A stretch of DNA of 32,435 nt. Source: a virus (taxonomy: Duplodnaviria; Caudoviricetes). Both the position numbers and the translations under genes were made by a program. The notes beneath the pieces are model-generated. The model worked only from the letters and a program-made list of their open reading frames with translations, was not told where the DNA came from and searched no databases. Below, in pieces: positions 1 to 7,861 of the stretch (positions within the stretch are counted from its first letter, which is position 1; each line of letters starts with the position of its first letter). The stretch is from the IMG/VR virus record IMGVR_UViG_3300036853_000145, positions 1 through 32,435 of that record, one strand, 5' to 3'.

Positions 1-744
1 GCGGCGGCCAACTCGGTCCCGTTCGACGACGGCGGGCTCCCGGGCCCGTCCCCGGGCCTGCTGGGCGGCAAGGCGGGTGTGTCGCTGATGGGCGGCTCCA
101 CGATCGGCGGCAACGCCACCGGGACCGGGCCCACGCTGAACCCCGGCCAGAAGTTCGGCAACTTCGAGATCGGCGGCCCGCCCAAGCCGATCTCGCCGAA
201 CGTCTACGGCGCGCCGAACTCGAAGGCCAACCGGATCGCCAAGAAGTACAACCAAGCGCTCGGGGGCGAGGTCCCGTCGTGGGAGGCGTCGGCCGCGCTG
301 GCCTACTCGGGCTCGGGCTACAGCTCGATGAACGGCCCGCTGTGGTCCGACAACTTCGACGGCGCCGATGACCTGACCAAGGCCCAGATCACCAACCTGA
401 CGAACCTGATCAACCGGTGGAAGGCACCGGAGACCATGACGGCGACGCGCGGGCTGAACTACGACCCGGGGATGCCCGACCCGCCCGCCGAGGGGATGAC
501 CTACACGGCGAAGGGTTTCCAGTCCACGTCGATCGGCGCGGGCGCTTTCACCAGCAAGAACGTCGTTATGAAGATCACCGTTCCGAAGGGCATGCCGGGC
601 GCGGTGCTCAACGGTGGCGGGCTGAGCCACTTCCCGCACGAAGAGGAACTGGTGCTCCCGCACGGCACCCGCTACGCGATCACCAAGGACACGATGAAGG
701 GGGGCAAGCGATGGCTGGAAGTGACGGCACTCCCGCCCGAGTAG
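1..744 (+). CDS. C-terminal part of a protein with a VIP2/C2-like (R-S-E) ADP-ribosyltransferase domain; probably a head-region (MuF-type) fusion, truncated by the window edge
   Basis: Frame is open from base 1. Catalytic pattern TATRG (R at 448-450), FQSTS (523-531) and HEEELVLPHG (ExE at 640-648). The MuF link is inferred from position only. Confidence 0.8.
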   Translation, partial: AAANSVPFDDGGLPGPSPGLLGGKAGVSLMGGSTIGGNATGTGPTLNPGQKFGNFEIGGPPKPISPNVYGAPNSKANRIAKKYNQALGGEVPSWEASAALAYSGSGYSSMNGPLWSDNFDGADDLTKAQITNLTNLINRWKAPETMTATRGLNYDPGMPDPPAEGMTYTAKGFQSTSIGAGAFTSKNVVMKITVPKGMPGAVLNGGGLSHFPHEEELVLPHGTRYAITKDTMKGGKRWLEVTALPPE

Positions 745-1148
745 AGCTGCCCGAGAAGTTCGATCAGCCGGCCGGCGCGGGCACCTGGGCGGCCTCGGGG
801 ATCGAGGCGTCCCCGCAGGCGCTGGCGATCCTGGCCGAGCAGGGCGTTGACGCCTGGCGCGCGTTCGTCCGCAGGGACGTCACCAAGACGGTCATGGGCC
901 GGTCCGAGGAGGAGGCCCGGCCGTGGTTCCCGGGCGAGAAGGCCGCGCTGGCCGTGCGCTCGGGCAACCCGGGCGCGCTGCGCCGGTACTGGACGGCCGG
1001 GCCGGGCCTGGCGAAGTGGCGCGGGTCCCCCACCCCGTGGCGCACGCTGCGCAAGTTCCTGAGCAAGTACCTGTCCGGCGATGAGCTGGACAGCACCACC
1101 AGCTCTTGGTACCGGCTGGTCTTCGGCAAGCTCCCGCAGGACCGCTGA
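711..1148 (+). CDS. hypothetical phage protein (LRRYW..G.G..K motif)
   Basis: ATG 711 follows purine-rich GAAGGGGGG, overlaps the ART stop, and is TGATG-coupled to the next gene. The ORF-track start at 417 lies inside the ART gene. Confidence 0.7.
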   Translation: MAGSDGTPARVELPEKFDQPAGAGTWAASGIEASPQALAILAEQGVDAWRAFVRRDVTKTVMGRSEEEARPWFPGEKAALAVRSGNPGALRRYWTAGPGLAKWRGSPTPWRTLRKFLSKYLSGDELDSTTSSWYRLVFGKLPQDR

Positions 1149-1975
1149 TGGTGCGCTCGCAGAACGGCTGGACGGCCAACGATCGGTCGCTGATCGCCAC
1201 ACGCACCCCACCGGGCACGCGCCTGCGCCTGCCCGTGCGCATCGGCCCCGCCGGGGACTTGCTGCTGGAAGTCGTCGCGCTGTTCGACCTGATGGTCCAG
1301 GACGTCGACCAGGGCGCCGACGACTGGGGCTATGCCGAACGCCCGATCCGTGGGGCCACGGCGCTGTCCAACCACGCCAGCGGGACGGCCGTCGATGTCA
1401 ACGCGACCCGTTGGTCGCTGGGCAGCGCGGCCAGCGTCAACCTGACCCCGCGCCAGATCCAGACCGTGCGCGAGATCGTGGCCGCCACCGGCGGTGTCGT
1501 GCGCTGGGGCGGGGACTACACGGGCCGCAAAGACCCGATGCACTTTGAGATCAATAACGGCCAGACCGACGCCACCTGCGCGCGTGCGCTGGCCCGGCTG
1601 CGCGCGACCTACGGCCACCCGGCCACCACCGGACCGGTCGTGGTGGTCCACCCCGAGGAGGACGACTTGACCCCCGACCAGATTCGCATGCTCTCCGAGA
1701 TCCATCGGGAGACCACTAGCAAGCTCCCCAACCGGCGCGGCCCCAACGGCGAGGCGCTGGGGCAGCCGCCCTTCGCCGATACCCTGTTCGGTTTCGCTAT
1801 GAACGCTGACGGGTCCAGCTACCGCACCGCGTGGGATGTCGACGCGGTGCACCGTCGCCTCGATGAGCTGACCGCCACGATCCAGGGTCTCGCAGAGGCT
1901 CGGGAGGGCGCCCCCGCGCCCGGACTCGACTACGACCAGCTGGCCGCCGCACTCCTGCGGCGCATGGCCGGCTGA
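1148..1975 (+). CDS. endolysin, M15-family Zn peptidase
   Basis: SQNGW N-terminus, WGY..R.IRG...LSNHASGTAVD and WGGDY...DPMHFEI motifs; TGATG overlap fixes the start at 1148. Confidence 0.85.
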   Translation: MVRSQNGWTANDRSLIATRTPPGTRLRLPVRIGPAGDLLLEVVALFDLMVQDVDQGADDWGYAERPIRGATALSNHASGTAVDVNATRWSLGSAASVNLTPRQIQTVREIVAATGGVVRWGGDYTGRKDPMHFEINNGQTDATCARALARLRATYGHPATTGPVVVVHPEEDDLTPDQIRMLSEIHRETTSKLPNRRGPNGEALGQPPFADTLFGFAMNADGSSYRTAWDVDAVHRRLDELTATIQGLAEAREGAPAPGLDYDQLAAALLRRMAG

Positions 1976-2001
1976 CCCCGAAAAGGAAGGACGCTCCCCC
2001 G

Positions 2002-2631
2002 ATGTCCGCTCCCCTGATCCACCCCAAGCCCGGTGACGCCTTCGTGCGCACCTTCGAGCCCCTGTTGGAGGTGCGCAGCGCCGGCCGTGGGGGCGACGGG
2101 CGCACGATCGAGGGCATCGCCGTGCCGTACCTGCGTCGTCAGCGCATCGATCAGACCTTGGTGGAGCAGTTCGCGCCGGGCGCGTTTGATCACCAGATGG
2201 ACCGGCCGGGCCGGGTGGTCTTCACCCGCGACCACATGAGCCACGGCGGAACGCTGATCGGCAAGGCGCTGGAGCTGCGCAACGACGCCATGGGGCTGTG
2301 GGGGGCCTGGCGCGTGTCGGCGACGGCGGCCGGGGACGAGACCCTGGCCCTGGTCGCTGATGGCGTCCTGACCGAGCTGAGCGTGGGCTTCCGGGCGGGT
2401 CGGGACCACATCGAGCCCGACGGCACGGTGACCCGCGTGCGCGCGGACCTGCGGGAGGTGTCGGTGGTGCTGGCCGGCGCGTACGGCGAGGGTGCGCAGA
2501 TCATGGCGGTGCGCTCGGCGGAGCAGCAGGACGGGACCACGACGTGGCGTCCGGAGCCGCGCCGGATCGAGACCGCCGGGCTGATCATCGCTGAACTGGC
2601 CGCGCTTCAGCTGCCCGACGAAGTGGCGTAG
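2002..2631 (+). CDS. HK97-family prohead (capsid maturation) protease
   Basis: RTIEGIAVPY, EQFAPGAF, H...LIG, LSVGF and LREVSVV..GAY motifs; SD AAGGAAGG. Confidence 0.9.
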   Translation: MSAPLIHPKPGDAFVRTFEPLLEVRSAGRGGDGRTIEGIAVPYLRRQRIDQTLVEQFAPGAFDHQMDRPGRVVFTRDHMSHGGTLIGKALELRNDAMGLWGAWRVSATAAGDETLALVADGVLTELSVGFRAGRDHIEPDGTVTRVRADLREVSVVLAGAYGEGAQIMAVRSAEQQDGTTTWRPEPRRIETAGLIIAELAALQLPDEVA

Positions 2632-2764
2632 GCCGCGCGGGCGGCCGGCTCACTGTCCGGGGCGCGTACCCCGTCCGTCGTGCCGGCCTGCCCCGCGCGG
2701 TTGCGCGCGGTGCTCACCCGGGCGTCCCCGGGGCGTAGCCGCGCCCTGTCCAGAGGATACGACG

Positions 2765-2800
2765 GCGGCCCCGCCGGGCTCCAACTCCCGACGGGGCCGC
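2765..2800 (-). terminator. GC-rich hairpin, 14-bp stem, probable terminator of a - strand transcript
   Basis: Arms 2765-2778 and 2787-2800. The single mismatch is a G-U pair only in the - strand RNA. Confidence 0.45.
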
Positions 2801-2933
2801 GCCCTAGTCGCACCACCGGCCGGTCAACGCCTGTGCCTCCGAGACCTGGGTACGTGTTCCACGCTAGCGGCTCGGCCGTGCTGGTGGGATCGATGAACCG
2901 GAATGCAACGGGATGGCACGGGATGAACCACCT

Positions 2934-2977
2934 CCCATGGGTTGCGCGGGCTCTCTCCCATGGGTTAGTCTTCTCCC
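2934..2977 (+). promoter_or_regulatory. paired-palindrome promoter P1 (leaderless)
   Basis: CCCATGGG(2934)-TTGCGC(-35)-N9-CCCATGGG(2957)-T-TAGTCT(-10)-N6-ATG 2978. Confidence 0.8.
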
Positions 2978-3304
2978 ATGACGCACACCCAAGCCCCCGC
3001 CGTAGCAGTCGGAACCCCCGCCACCCAGGTCTACGTGACCGACTCCCGCGCCCTGGTCGTCTCCCGGGTCAGCGCGTCCGGCCGGACCATCTGGACCCAG
3101 AGCGTGGAGCTGGACGAGTCCACCCGGCGCCGGGAGACCGAACTCCTGGCCGAGGGCGAGCCCCCCGTAATGCTGGTGAACGGCGACCTGACCAAGCCCT
3201 ACGGCCCAGAGCGGCAGTGGCGCTGGACCCGGGGCGCCTGGCGCAACGGCGGCGACCGGGTCTACCTGGGCCACTCGATCCAGCGGGTCGACTACAAGAT
3301 GTGA
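2978..3304 (+). CDS. hypothetical phage protein
   Basis: ATG 6 nt after the -10 of P1; GC3-biased codons. Confidence 0.75.
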   Translation: MTHTQAPAVAVGTPATQVYVTDSRALVVSRVSASGRTIWTQSVELDESTRRRETELLAEGEPPVMLVNGDLTKPYGPERQWRWTRGAWRNGGDRVYLGHSIQRVDYKM

Positions 3305-3321
3305 GCCCCGGCGGGGGGGCA

Positions 3322-3338
3322 CCCCCCCCCCCCCCCCC
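3322..3338. repeat. 17-nt poly-C tract preceded by G7
   Basis: Read directly; intergenic. Confidence 0.85.
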
Positions 3339-3356
3339 TACCCCTGGGAGATCCCG

Positions 3357-3596
3357 ATGGCCGTCACCCTGCTCGAAGACACCCCGTCGCACGTTCTGCG
3401 CACCGCCCTGGAGCGCCTGCGTCCCGACGGCGCCACTGCCGCCCGCGTGCGCGAGGAACTGGCCGAACGCCTGGAAGCACAGCTGGCCCGCGACGAAGAC
3501 GGGTCCGACGCCTACGTGCGTCACCTGGAGCTGGCCGGCTACGACGAAGCTCGCTACCAAGAGCGGATGGAAGCTCAGCTCGGCATCCCGATGTGA
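3357..3596 (+). CDS. hypothetical protein
   Basis: CCTGGGAG motif at 3343-3350 upstream; followed by a terminator. Confidence 0.75.
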   Translation: MAVTLLEDTPSHVLRTALERLRPDGATAARVREELAERLEAQLARDEDGSDAYVRHLELAGYDEARYQERMEAQLGIPM

Positions 3597-3603
3597 CCGA
3601 AGT

Positions 3604-3648
3604 GCAGAAGGGCCCCTCCCGGATCGAGCGCGGGAGGGGCCCTTCTGC
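3604..3648. terminator. probable bidirectional terminator, perfect 18-bp stem
   Basis: GCAGAAGGGCCCCTCCCG / CGGGAGGGGCCCTTCTGC between convergent genes. Confidence 0.8.
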
Positions 3649-3716
3649 GTCCGGCGACCCCTCGGGGCCCCGGATCGTCGTCGGCAGGCAGGTGGGCCCC
3701 GACGGCAGGCGTCAGG

Positions 3717-4190
3717 CTACTTCGACTTCTCCTGCACGTTCGGGCTGGCCTTGGTGCCGCCCGAACGCGACGCGGACGACCCGGCCGTGGCCGGGCGCTC
3801 GGCGCCGATCTTGGCGTTGTCGCGCTGCTGGCCCTTGCTCTCCTTGCTGGACCCGCCGCCCTGGACCAGGGCCGCCGGGCTGGTGCTCGGGCCGTCGGTC
3901 CGAACGCCCTTCGACTCGTCCGCCAGGATCTCGCCCGGCCCGTCGGCCATCGCCGCCGACGCCTCATCGCCGTCGATGGCGTGCGGAACGCGCCGGTCCG
4001 CGTCAGCGTCCCACGTGTAGACCTTCCGGCCGTTCACGTCCTCCTCCAGGCGGTAGGTGCCGCCGTGCAGGTCAACCGAGGACTCCGGGTCCATGTCGGT
4101 GAAGCGCCGGTGCTGGCCGCCCATGGGGCCGCCCTGGTAGAAGACGTCGGTCAGCGTGACCGTGCGGGGTCGATCGGTGGACTCAGGCAC
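3717..4190 (-). CDS. hypothetical protein (GGP.GG motif, low-complexity C-terminus)
   Basis: GTG 4190 with SD GGAGG; GC3 bias on the - strand; converges on the 3604 terminator. Confidence 0.65.
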   Translation of the reverse strand: MPESTDRPRTVTLTDVFYQGGPMGGQHRRFTDMDPESSVDLHGGTYRLEEDVNGRKVYTWDADADRRVPHAIDGDEASAAMADGPGEILADESKGVRTDGPSTSPAALVQGGGSSKESKGQQRDNAKIGAERPATAGSSASRSGGTKASPNVQEKSK

Positions 4191-4317
4191 TGGTGGCCTC
4201 CAGGTCAAGGGGGAGCTACGTTCCGGCGCATCGTCCCACGCGCTCGGCGCGCGTGGTGATCACGTCGTACCAAGACCCTTGGTAGGGTCCCCCGCAGTAG
4301 TACCCGCACCAGACGAT

Positions 4318-4378
4318 CGGCACCCCGGTTCCCCGGCACCCCGCCCCCGCGCGGCACCCCGGACGTGACGGCACCCCG
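4318..4378 (+). repeat. four exact CGGCACCCCG direct repeats in the capsid leader
   Basis: Copies start at 4318, 4334, 4352 and 4369. Confidence 0.85.
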
Positions 4379-4419
4379 ATAGGCGGCCTTCCCAGCCCCC
4401 CTATCTCGGAGCCCTCCCC

Positions 4420-5784
4420 GTGCCGAACCCGTACCTGGCTTCTCTGCGCGAGAAGTACACCACCCTCCAGACCAGCATCCAGGGGCTTCAGGCCCGCGCG
4501 CTGGACGAGTCCCGCGATCTGTCCGATGAGGAACTGACCAGCGTTCGGGGCATGGCCGATCAGGCCAAGGCTCTGCACACGCAGATCAGCGACCTGACCG
4601 ACATCGAGGTCCAGGACCGCGCCGTCCAGGAACTGGCGGCCCGGATCTCCGGTGACGCCGATGTGGACGCGGTCAAGAGCCGTTCCGACGCCACCCTCAC
4701 CACGATGCACCGGCCCAACCAGGGCGGCGCCCCGACCACCACCGGCACCCGGGTCGGCCAGTTCACCACCCAGGACCGCGACCCGGGGCACTACACCCGG
4801 GCGTCGCACAATTCGTTCTTCGGCGACCTGAACCGGGCCCGCAACAGCGACGATGAGGCTGCGCGCCGGCTGGCCGAGCACAACCGGGCGCTGTCCACCG
4901 GAACCGGCAACGCCGGTGCCGGTGTCGTGCCGCCCAGGTGGCTCACCGAGGAGTTCGAGCTGCTGGCCCGGCAGGGCCGCGCGCTGGCCTCCGCCGTGCG
5001 CAACATCGGGCTGGGCAGCGACCCGCGCCCGATCACCCTGCCCAAGCAGGTCACCGGGACCGACGCCGAGATCACCGAGCAGGCTTCGGAGAACGCGGCG
5101 ACCGAGGATGACGACGCCTGGACCTCCGACGTCGACACGGTCACCCCCAAGCCGACCGCCGGTATCCAGATCGTCTCCCGTCAGATGCTGGACATGTCCA
5201 GCCCGGCGATCGACGCGCTGATCTACGGCGACATGCTGGCGGCCTACAACCTGAAGATCGAGAAGAAGGTCGGCGCCGCCATGGTCACGGCGGCCGGCTC
5301 GGCCGTGACCACCTTCGCCACGAACGCGGCGTTCAACACTGACCAGGACGCCTCCGACGCGGTGATCGACGCCGCGATCGCGGTGCGCAACGCGCGCAAG
5401 CTCCCGGCTGACCTGCTGGCCATGGGCATCGTGCGTTACGGCGAGTTCCTGAAGCTCAAGGATGCCGACGGCCGCCCGATGATCCCCGAGGCCGGTATGG
5501 GCCCGATGAACGCCATCGGTGTCGGCACCGTGCAGGTCGACGGCCGGCTCAACGGCCTGGGCGTCATCGCCTCCGACGGTGTCAGCACCGGCTCGTTCCC
5601 GGAGTCGATCCTGGTCGCCCGCGCGGCGGACACGATCCTCTTCGAGAGCGACGTGCTGCGGTTCCGCTACGAGGAGCCCCTGGGTCCGGAGTCGGTCAAG
5701 CTCGGGATCTGGGGCTACAGCGCGGTGATCTGCCGGCAGGCCGGCAAGAGCATCAAGCGCATCGTGGTCACGGCGGCCTCCTGA
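4420..5784 (+). CDS. major capsid protein, HK97 fold, with N-terminal coiled-coil (delta-like) domain
   Basis: Helical N-terminus (RDLSDEE), GAGVVPP.WL, SRQMLDMSSP and LKDADGRP motifs; 454 aa. Confidence 0.92.
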   Translation: MPNPYLASLREKYTTLQTSIQGLQARALDESRDLSDEELTSVRGMADQAKALHTQISDLTDIEVQDRAVQELAARISGDADVDAVKSRSDATLTTMHRPNQGGAPTTTGTRVGQFTTQDRDPGHYTRASHNSFFGDLNRARNSDDEAARRLAEHNRALSTGTGNAGAGVVPPRWLTEEFELLARQGRALASAVRNIGLGSDPRPITLPKQVTGTDAEITEQASENAATEDDDAWTSDVDTVTPKPTAGIQIVSRQMLDMSSPAIDALIYGDMLAAYNLKIEKKVGAAMVTAAGSAVTTFATNAAFNTDQDASDAVIDAAIAVRNARKLPADLLAMGIVRYGEFLKLKDADGRPMIPEAGMGPMNAIGVGTVQVDGRLNGLGVIASDGVSTGSFPESILVARAADTILFESDVLRFRYEEPLGPESVKLGIWGYSAVICRQAGKSIKRIVVTAAS

Positions 5785-5978
5785 TGGCGGCGACCAAGGC
5801 GCCCGCCCGGAAGGCGGGGCCGGTCAAGGCGTCGACCTTCCGGCTCGGCGCCGGCACGCCCGTCGCGCGCGGGGCGGCCGTCACGGCGCCCACCGGCGGC
5901 TCCACGGTTGACGCCGAGTCCAGGGCCGCGATCAACGCCCTGATCTCGCGTCTCCAGGCGCTGGGGCTGATCGCCTGA
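5784..5978 (+). CDS. small head fibre/decoration-like protein
   Basis: C-terminal INALISRLQALGLIA; coupled to the capsid gene. Confidence 0.6.
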   Translation: MAATKAPARKAGPVKASTFRLGAGTPVARGAAVTAPTGGSTVDAESRAAINALISRLQALGLIA

Positions 5979-6319
5979 TGTGGCCCCCGGACCTGGACGC
6001 GCTCAAGGACGACATGAAGATCACGGACACCCGTGATGACGACCAGCTGGAAGTCATGCTGGCCGCCGCCGTGTCGTTCGTGGAGCGCGTCCGGTCCGGG
6101 GACTTCGACTTCGGTTCGGGGCCGGACACGTTGCCGGCCCCGACCCCGGAATTGGAGCTGGGCACCGTGCGCCTGGCCGCCCGCTGGCACCAGCGCCGTC
6201 GATCCCCGGACGGCCTGATCCAGATGGGCGACCTGGGCACGGCCCGGGTCACGTCCTACGACGTCGACATTGATCGTCAGCTCGGCATCGGTCGGTTCCG
6301 CAGGTCGGTGATCGCATGA
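5978..6319 (+). CDS. head-tail adaptor (gp6-like)
   Basis: DDDQLEVMLAAAV..V, LGTVRLAARW..RR.SPDG and DVDIDRQLG pattern; position after the capsid gene. Confidence 0.8.
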   Translation: MWPPDLDALKDDMKITDTRDDDQLEVMLAAAVSFVERVRSGDFDFGSGPDTLPAPTPELELGTVRLAARWHQRRRSPDGLIQMGDLGTARVTSYDVDIDRQLGIGRFRRSVIA

Positions 6320-6672
6320 CCGTGGCGACCGCCCATGAGGCGCTGAGCACGGCGCTGGAGACCGTGGAGGGCCTGCGGGTCTACCGGGACCCCGGCGCCG
6401 TGCTCGACCCGCCTGCCGCCCTGGTGGGCCCGCCGTTGCTGACCTTCGGCGGACCCGACTCGGACCCGATCGCTGCCCGGTGGGTGGTGATCCTGGCCGT
6501 GAAGTTCGACGATCGCGCCTTCCCCGACCTCTGGGAGCTGATTCCGCAGGTCACGGCGGCTATCGAGTCGTTGACCGATGCCGTGGTGTCGCAAGCCTCC
6601 CCGGGCACGTGGCAGAACGGCGCCATTTCGCTCCCCTGTTACGAAATCTCCGTAGAGATGAGCCTCAATTGA
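6316..6672 (+). CDS. head-tail joining / tail terminator protein
   Basis: GLRVY.DP....PPA.LVGPP pattern; synteny. Confidence 0.65.
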   Translation: MTVATAHEALSTALETVEGLRVYRDPGAVLDPPAALVGPPLLTFGGPDSDPIAARWVVILAVKFDDRAFPDLWELIPQVTAAIESLTDAVVSQASPGTWQNGAISLPCYEISVEMSLN

Positions 6673-7082
6673 CCGCGCACAGCAGGAAGCTCAAGGTCAT
6701 CACGTTCGACCTGGGCGGAACCGAGTTTCAGGCCCAGTGCTCGAACTGGACCCTGAATAACAACACCCCGGACGGCGACCTGTTCTACGTCTTCGCCGAG
6801 GGCGAGGAGTTCCGGGAGGAGGCCGACCCGGACTGGTCGCTGACCATGACGTTCTACAGCGACTGGCGCTCGGGCGGGATCTCGGACTACCTCCAGGACA
6901 ACGACGAGACCCAGGTGTCCTTCCAGCTCGACCACCACCCCGACGTCAGCGGCGAGCACGTGCGCTGGTCGGGCGAGGTCAAGATCAAGGCGCCGGCCGT
7001 CGGCGGCGACGTGCGATCGACCGAGGTCACCTCGGTCACGCTCCAGTGCGTCGGTAAGCCCGAGTACGAGCGGGTCGCCTGA
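6669..7082 (+). CDS. major tail (tube) protein
   Basis: TTG start overlaps the previous stop; beta-rich acidic sequence (EFQAQCSNWTL, VGGDV..TEVTSVTL..VGKP); synteny. Confidence 0.75.
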   Translation: MTAHSRKLKVITFDLGGTEFQAQCSNWTLNNNTPDGDLFYVFAEGEEFREEADPDWSLTMTFYSDWRSGGISDYLQDNDETQVSFQLDHHPDVSGEHVRWSGEVKIKAPAVGGDVRSTEVTSVTLQCVGKPEYERVA

Positions 7083-7432
7083 TGGCGCGCTCGACTCCGG
7101 CCACGGTCACCCCGACCTACGCCGGTGCCGTCGTCACCATGGGCGCGGCACCGGTGGACGGCGACATCCTTCCCGTCGGCTCGAACGTGGTCCTGCTGGT
7201 GACCAACGGTGGTGGCTCCCCGATCACCGTGACGATCCAGACCACTGCGCAGAAGGGCGGCCTGGACGTCGCCGACGGGGGCGGGGCGGTGGCCGCAGGG
7301 GTGACCCGGGTCTTCGGCCCGTTCCCGTCGAACCTGTTCGCCCAGGCCGATGACGCCGTGGTGGGCCCGAACAAGGTGCTGGTGGACTACTCGGCTGTCA
7401 CCTCGGTGACCCGGGCGGTGCTGGCGGTCTGA
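7082..7432 (+). CDS. virion structural protein (Ig-like, beta-rich)
   Basis: LLVTNGGGSPITVTI and VAAG.TRVFGPF pattern; coupled genes. Confidence 0.6.
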   Translation: MARSTPATVTPTYAGAVVTMGAAPVDGDILPVGSNVVLLVTNGGGSPITVTIQTTAQKGGLDVADGGGAVAAGVTRVFGPFPSNLFAQADDAVVGPNKVLVDYSAVTSVTRAVLAV

Positions 7433-7707
7433 TGTTCAACTACACGCTCCGCCCCGCCGATGGTGAGGGCGAGGACATCACCGTCACGGCGGACTCCCGG
7501 GACGTTCTGCGGTGGGAGAAGGCCGGTAAGGGCCGCTCGATCTCGAAGCTGCTGGCGGAGCCGACCCTCGCCGACGCCTACATCCTGGCCTACCTGGCCG
7601 GGAAGCGGACCGGGGTCATCACCTGCAACCCGCAGGAGTTCGAGGACGGGTTCCTGATCGTGATGACCGGCGAGGAGTCGCCGGACCCTTCCCTGTCGGG
7701 TCTCTAG
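7432..7707 (+). CDS. tail assembly chaperone (short form)
   Basis: Lies between the major tail and tape measure genes; ends ...SPDPS at the slippery GAC CCT TCC. Confidence 0.75.
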   Translation: MFNYTLRPADGEGEDITVTADSRDVLRWEKAGKGRSISKLLAEPTLADAYILAYLAGKRTGVITCNPQEFEDGFLIVMTGEESPDPSLSGL

Positions 7708-7856
7708 GACGGCTGCTCGTGTCCTTGGCCATCCGGACCGGCATCCCGCCGTCGGTCTGGGCGGCCGAGGGCGAACAGGCGATCTTCACCGCGCTCCAGG
7801 TGCTCCGCGACGAGGAGCCCGACCCGGAGCCCGACGGCGCGCAGATGAGGGGATAG
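7432..7856 (+). CDS. tail assembly chaperone, -1 frameshifted long form
   Basis: The -1 frame after C CCT TCC (7686-7692) reads FPVGSLGRLLVSLAIRTGIPPSVWAAEGEQAIFTALQVL... to TAG 7854-7856. Confidence 0.7.
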
Positions 7857-7861
7857 AGCCA

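Noticed and set aside
4120-4127. Single CCCATGGG (another at 23344-23351)
   Set aside because: Inside coding sequence (Pro-Met-Gly), unpaired, and without -35/-10 context; probably chance.
4318-4378. Possible mini-CRISPR array
   Set aside because: Repeats are 10 nt and spacers 6-8 nt, far too short, and no cas genes are present.
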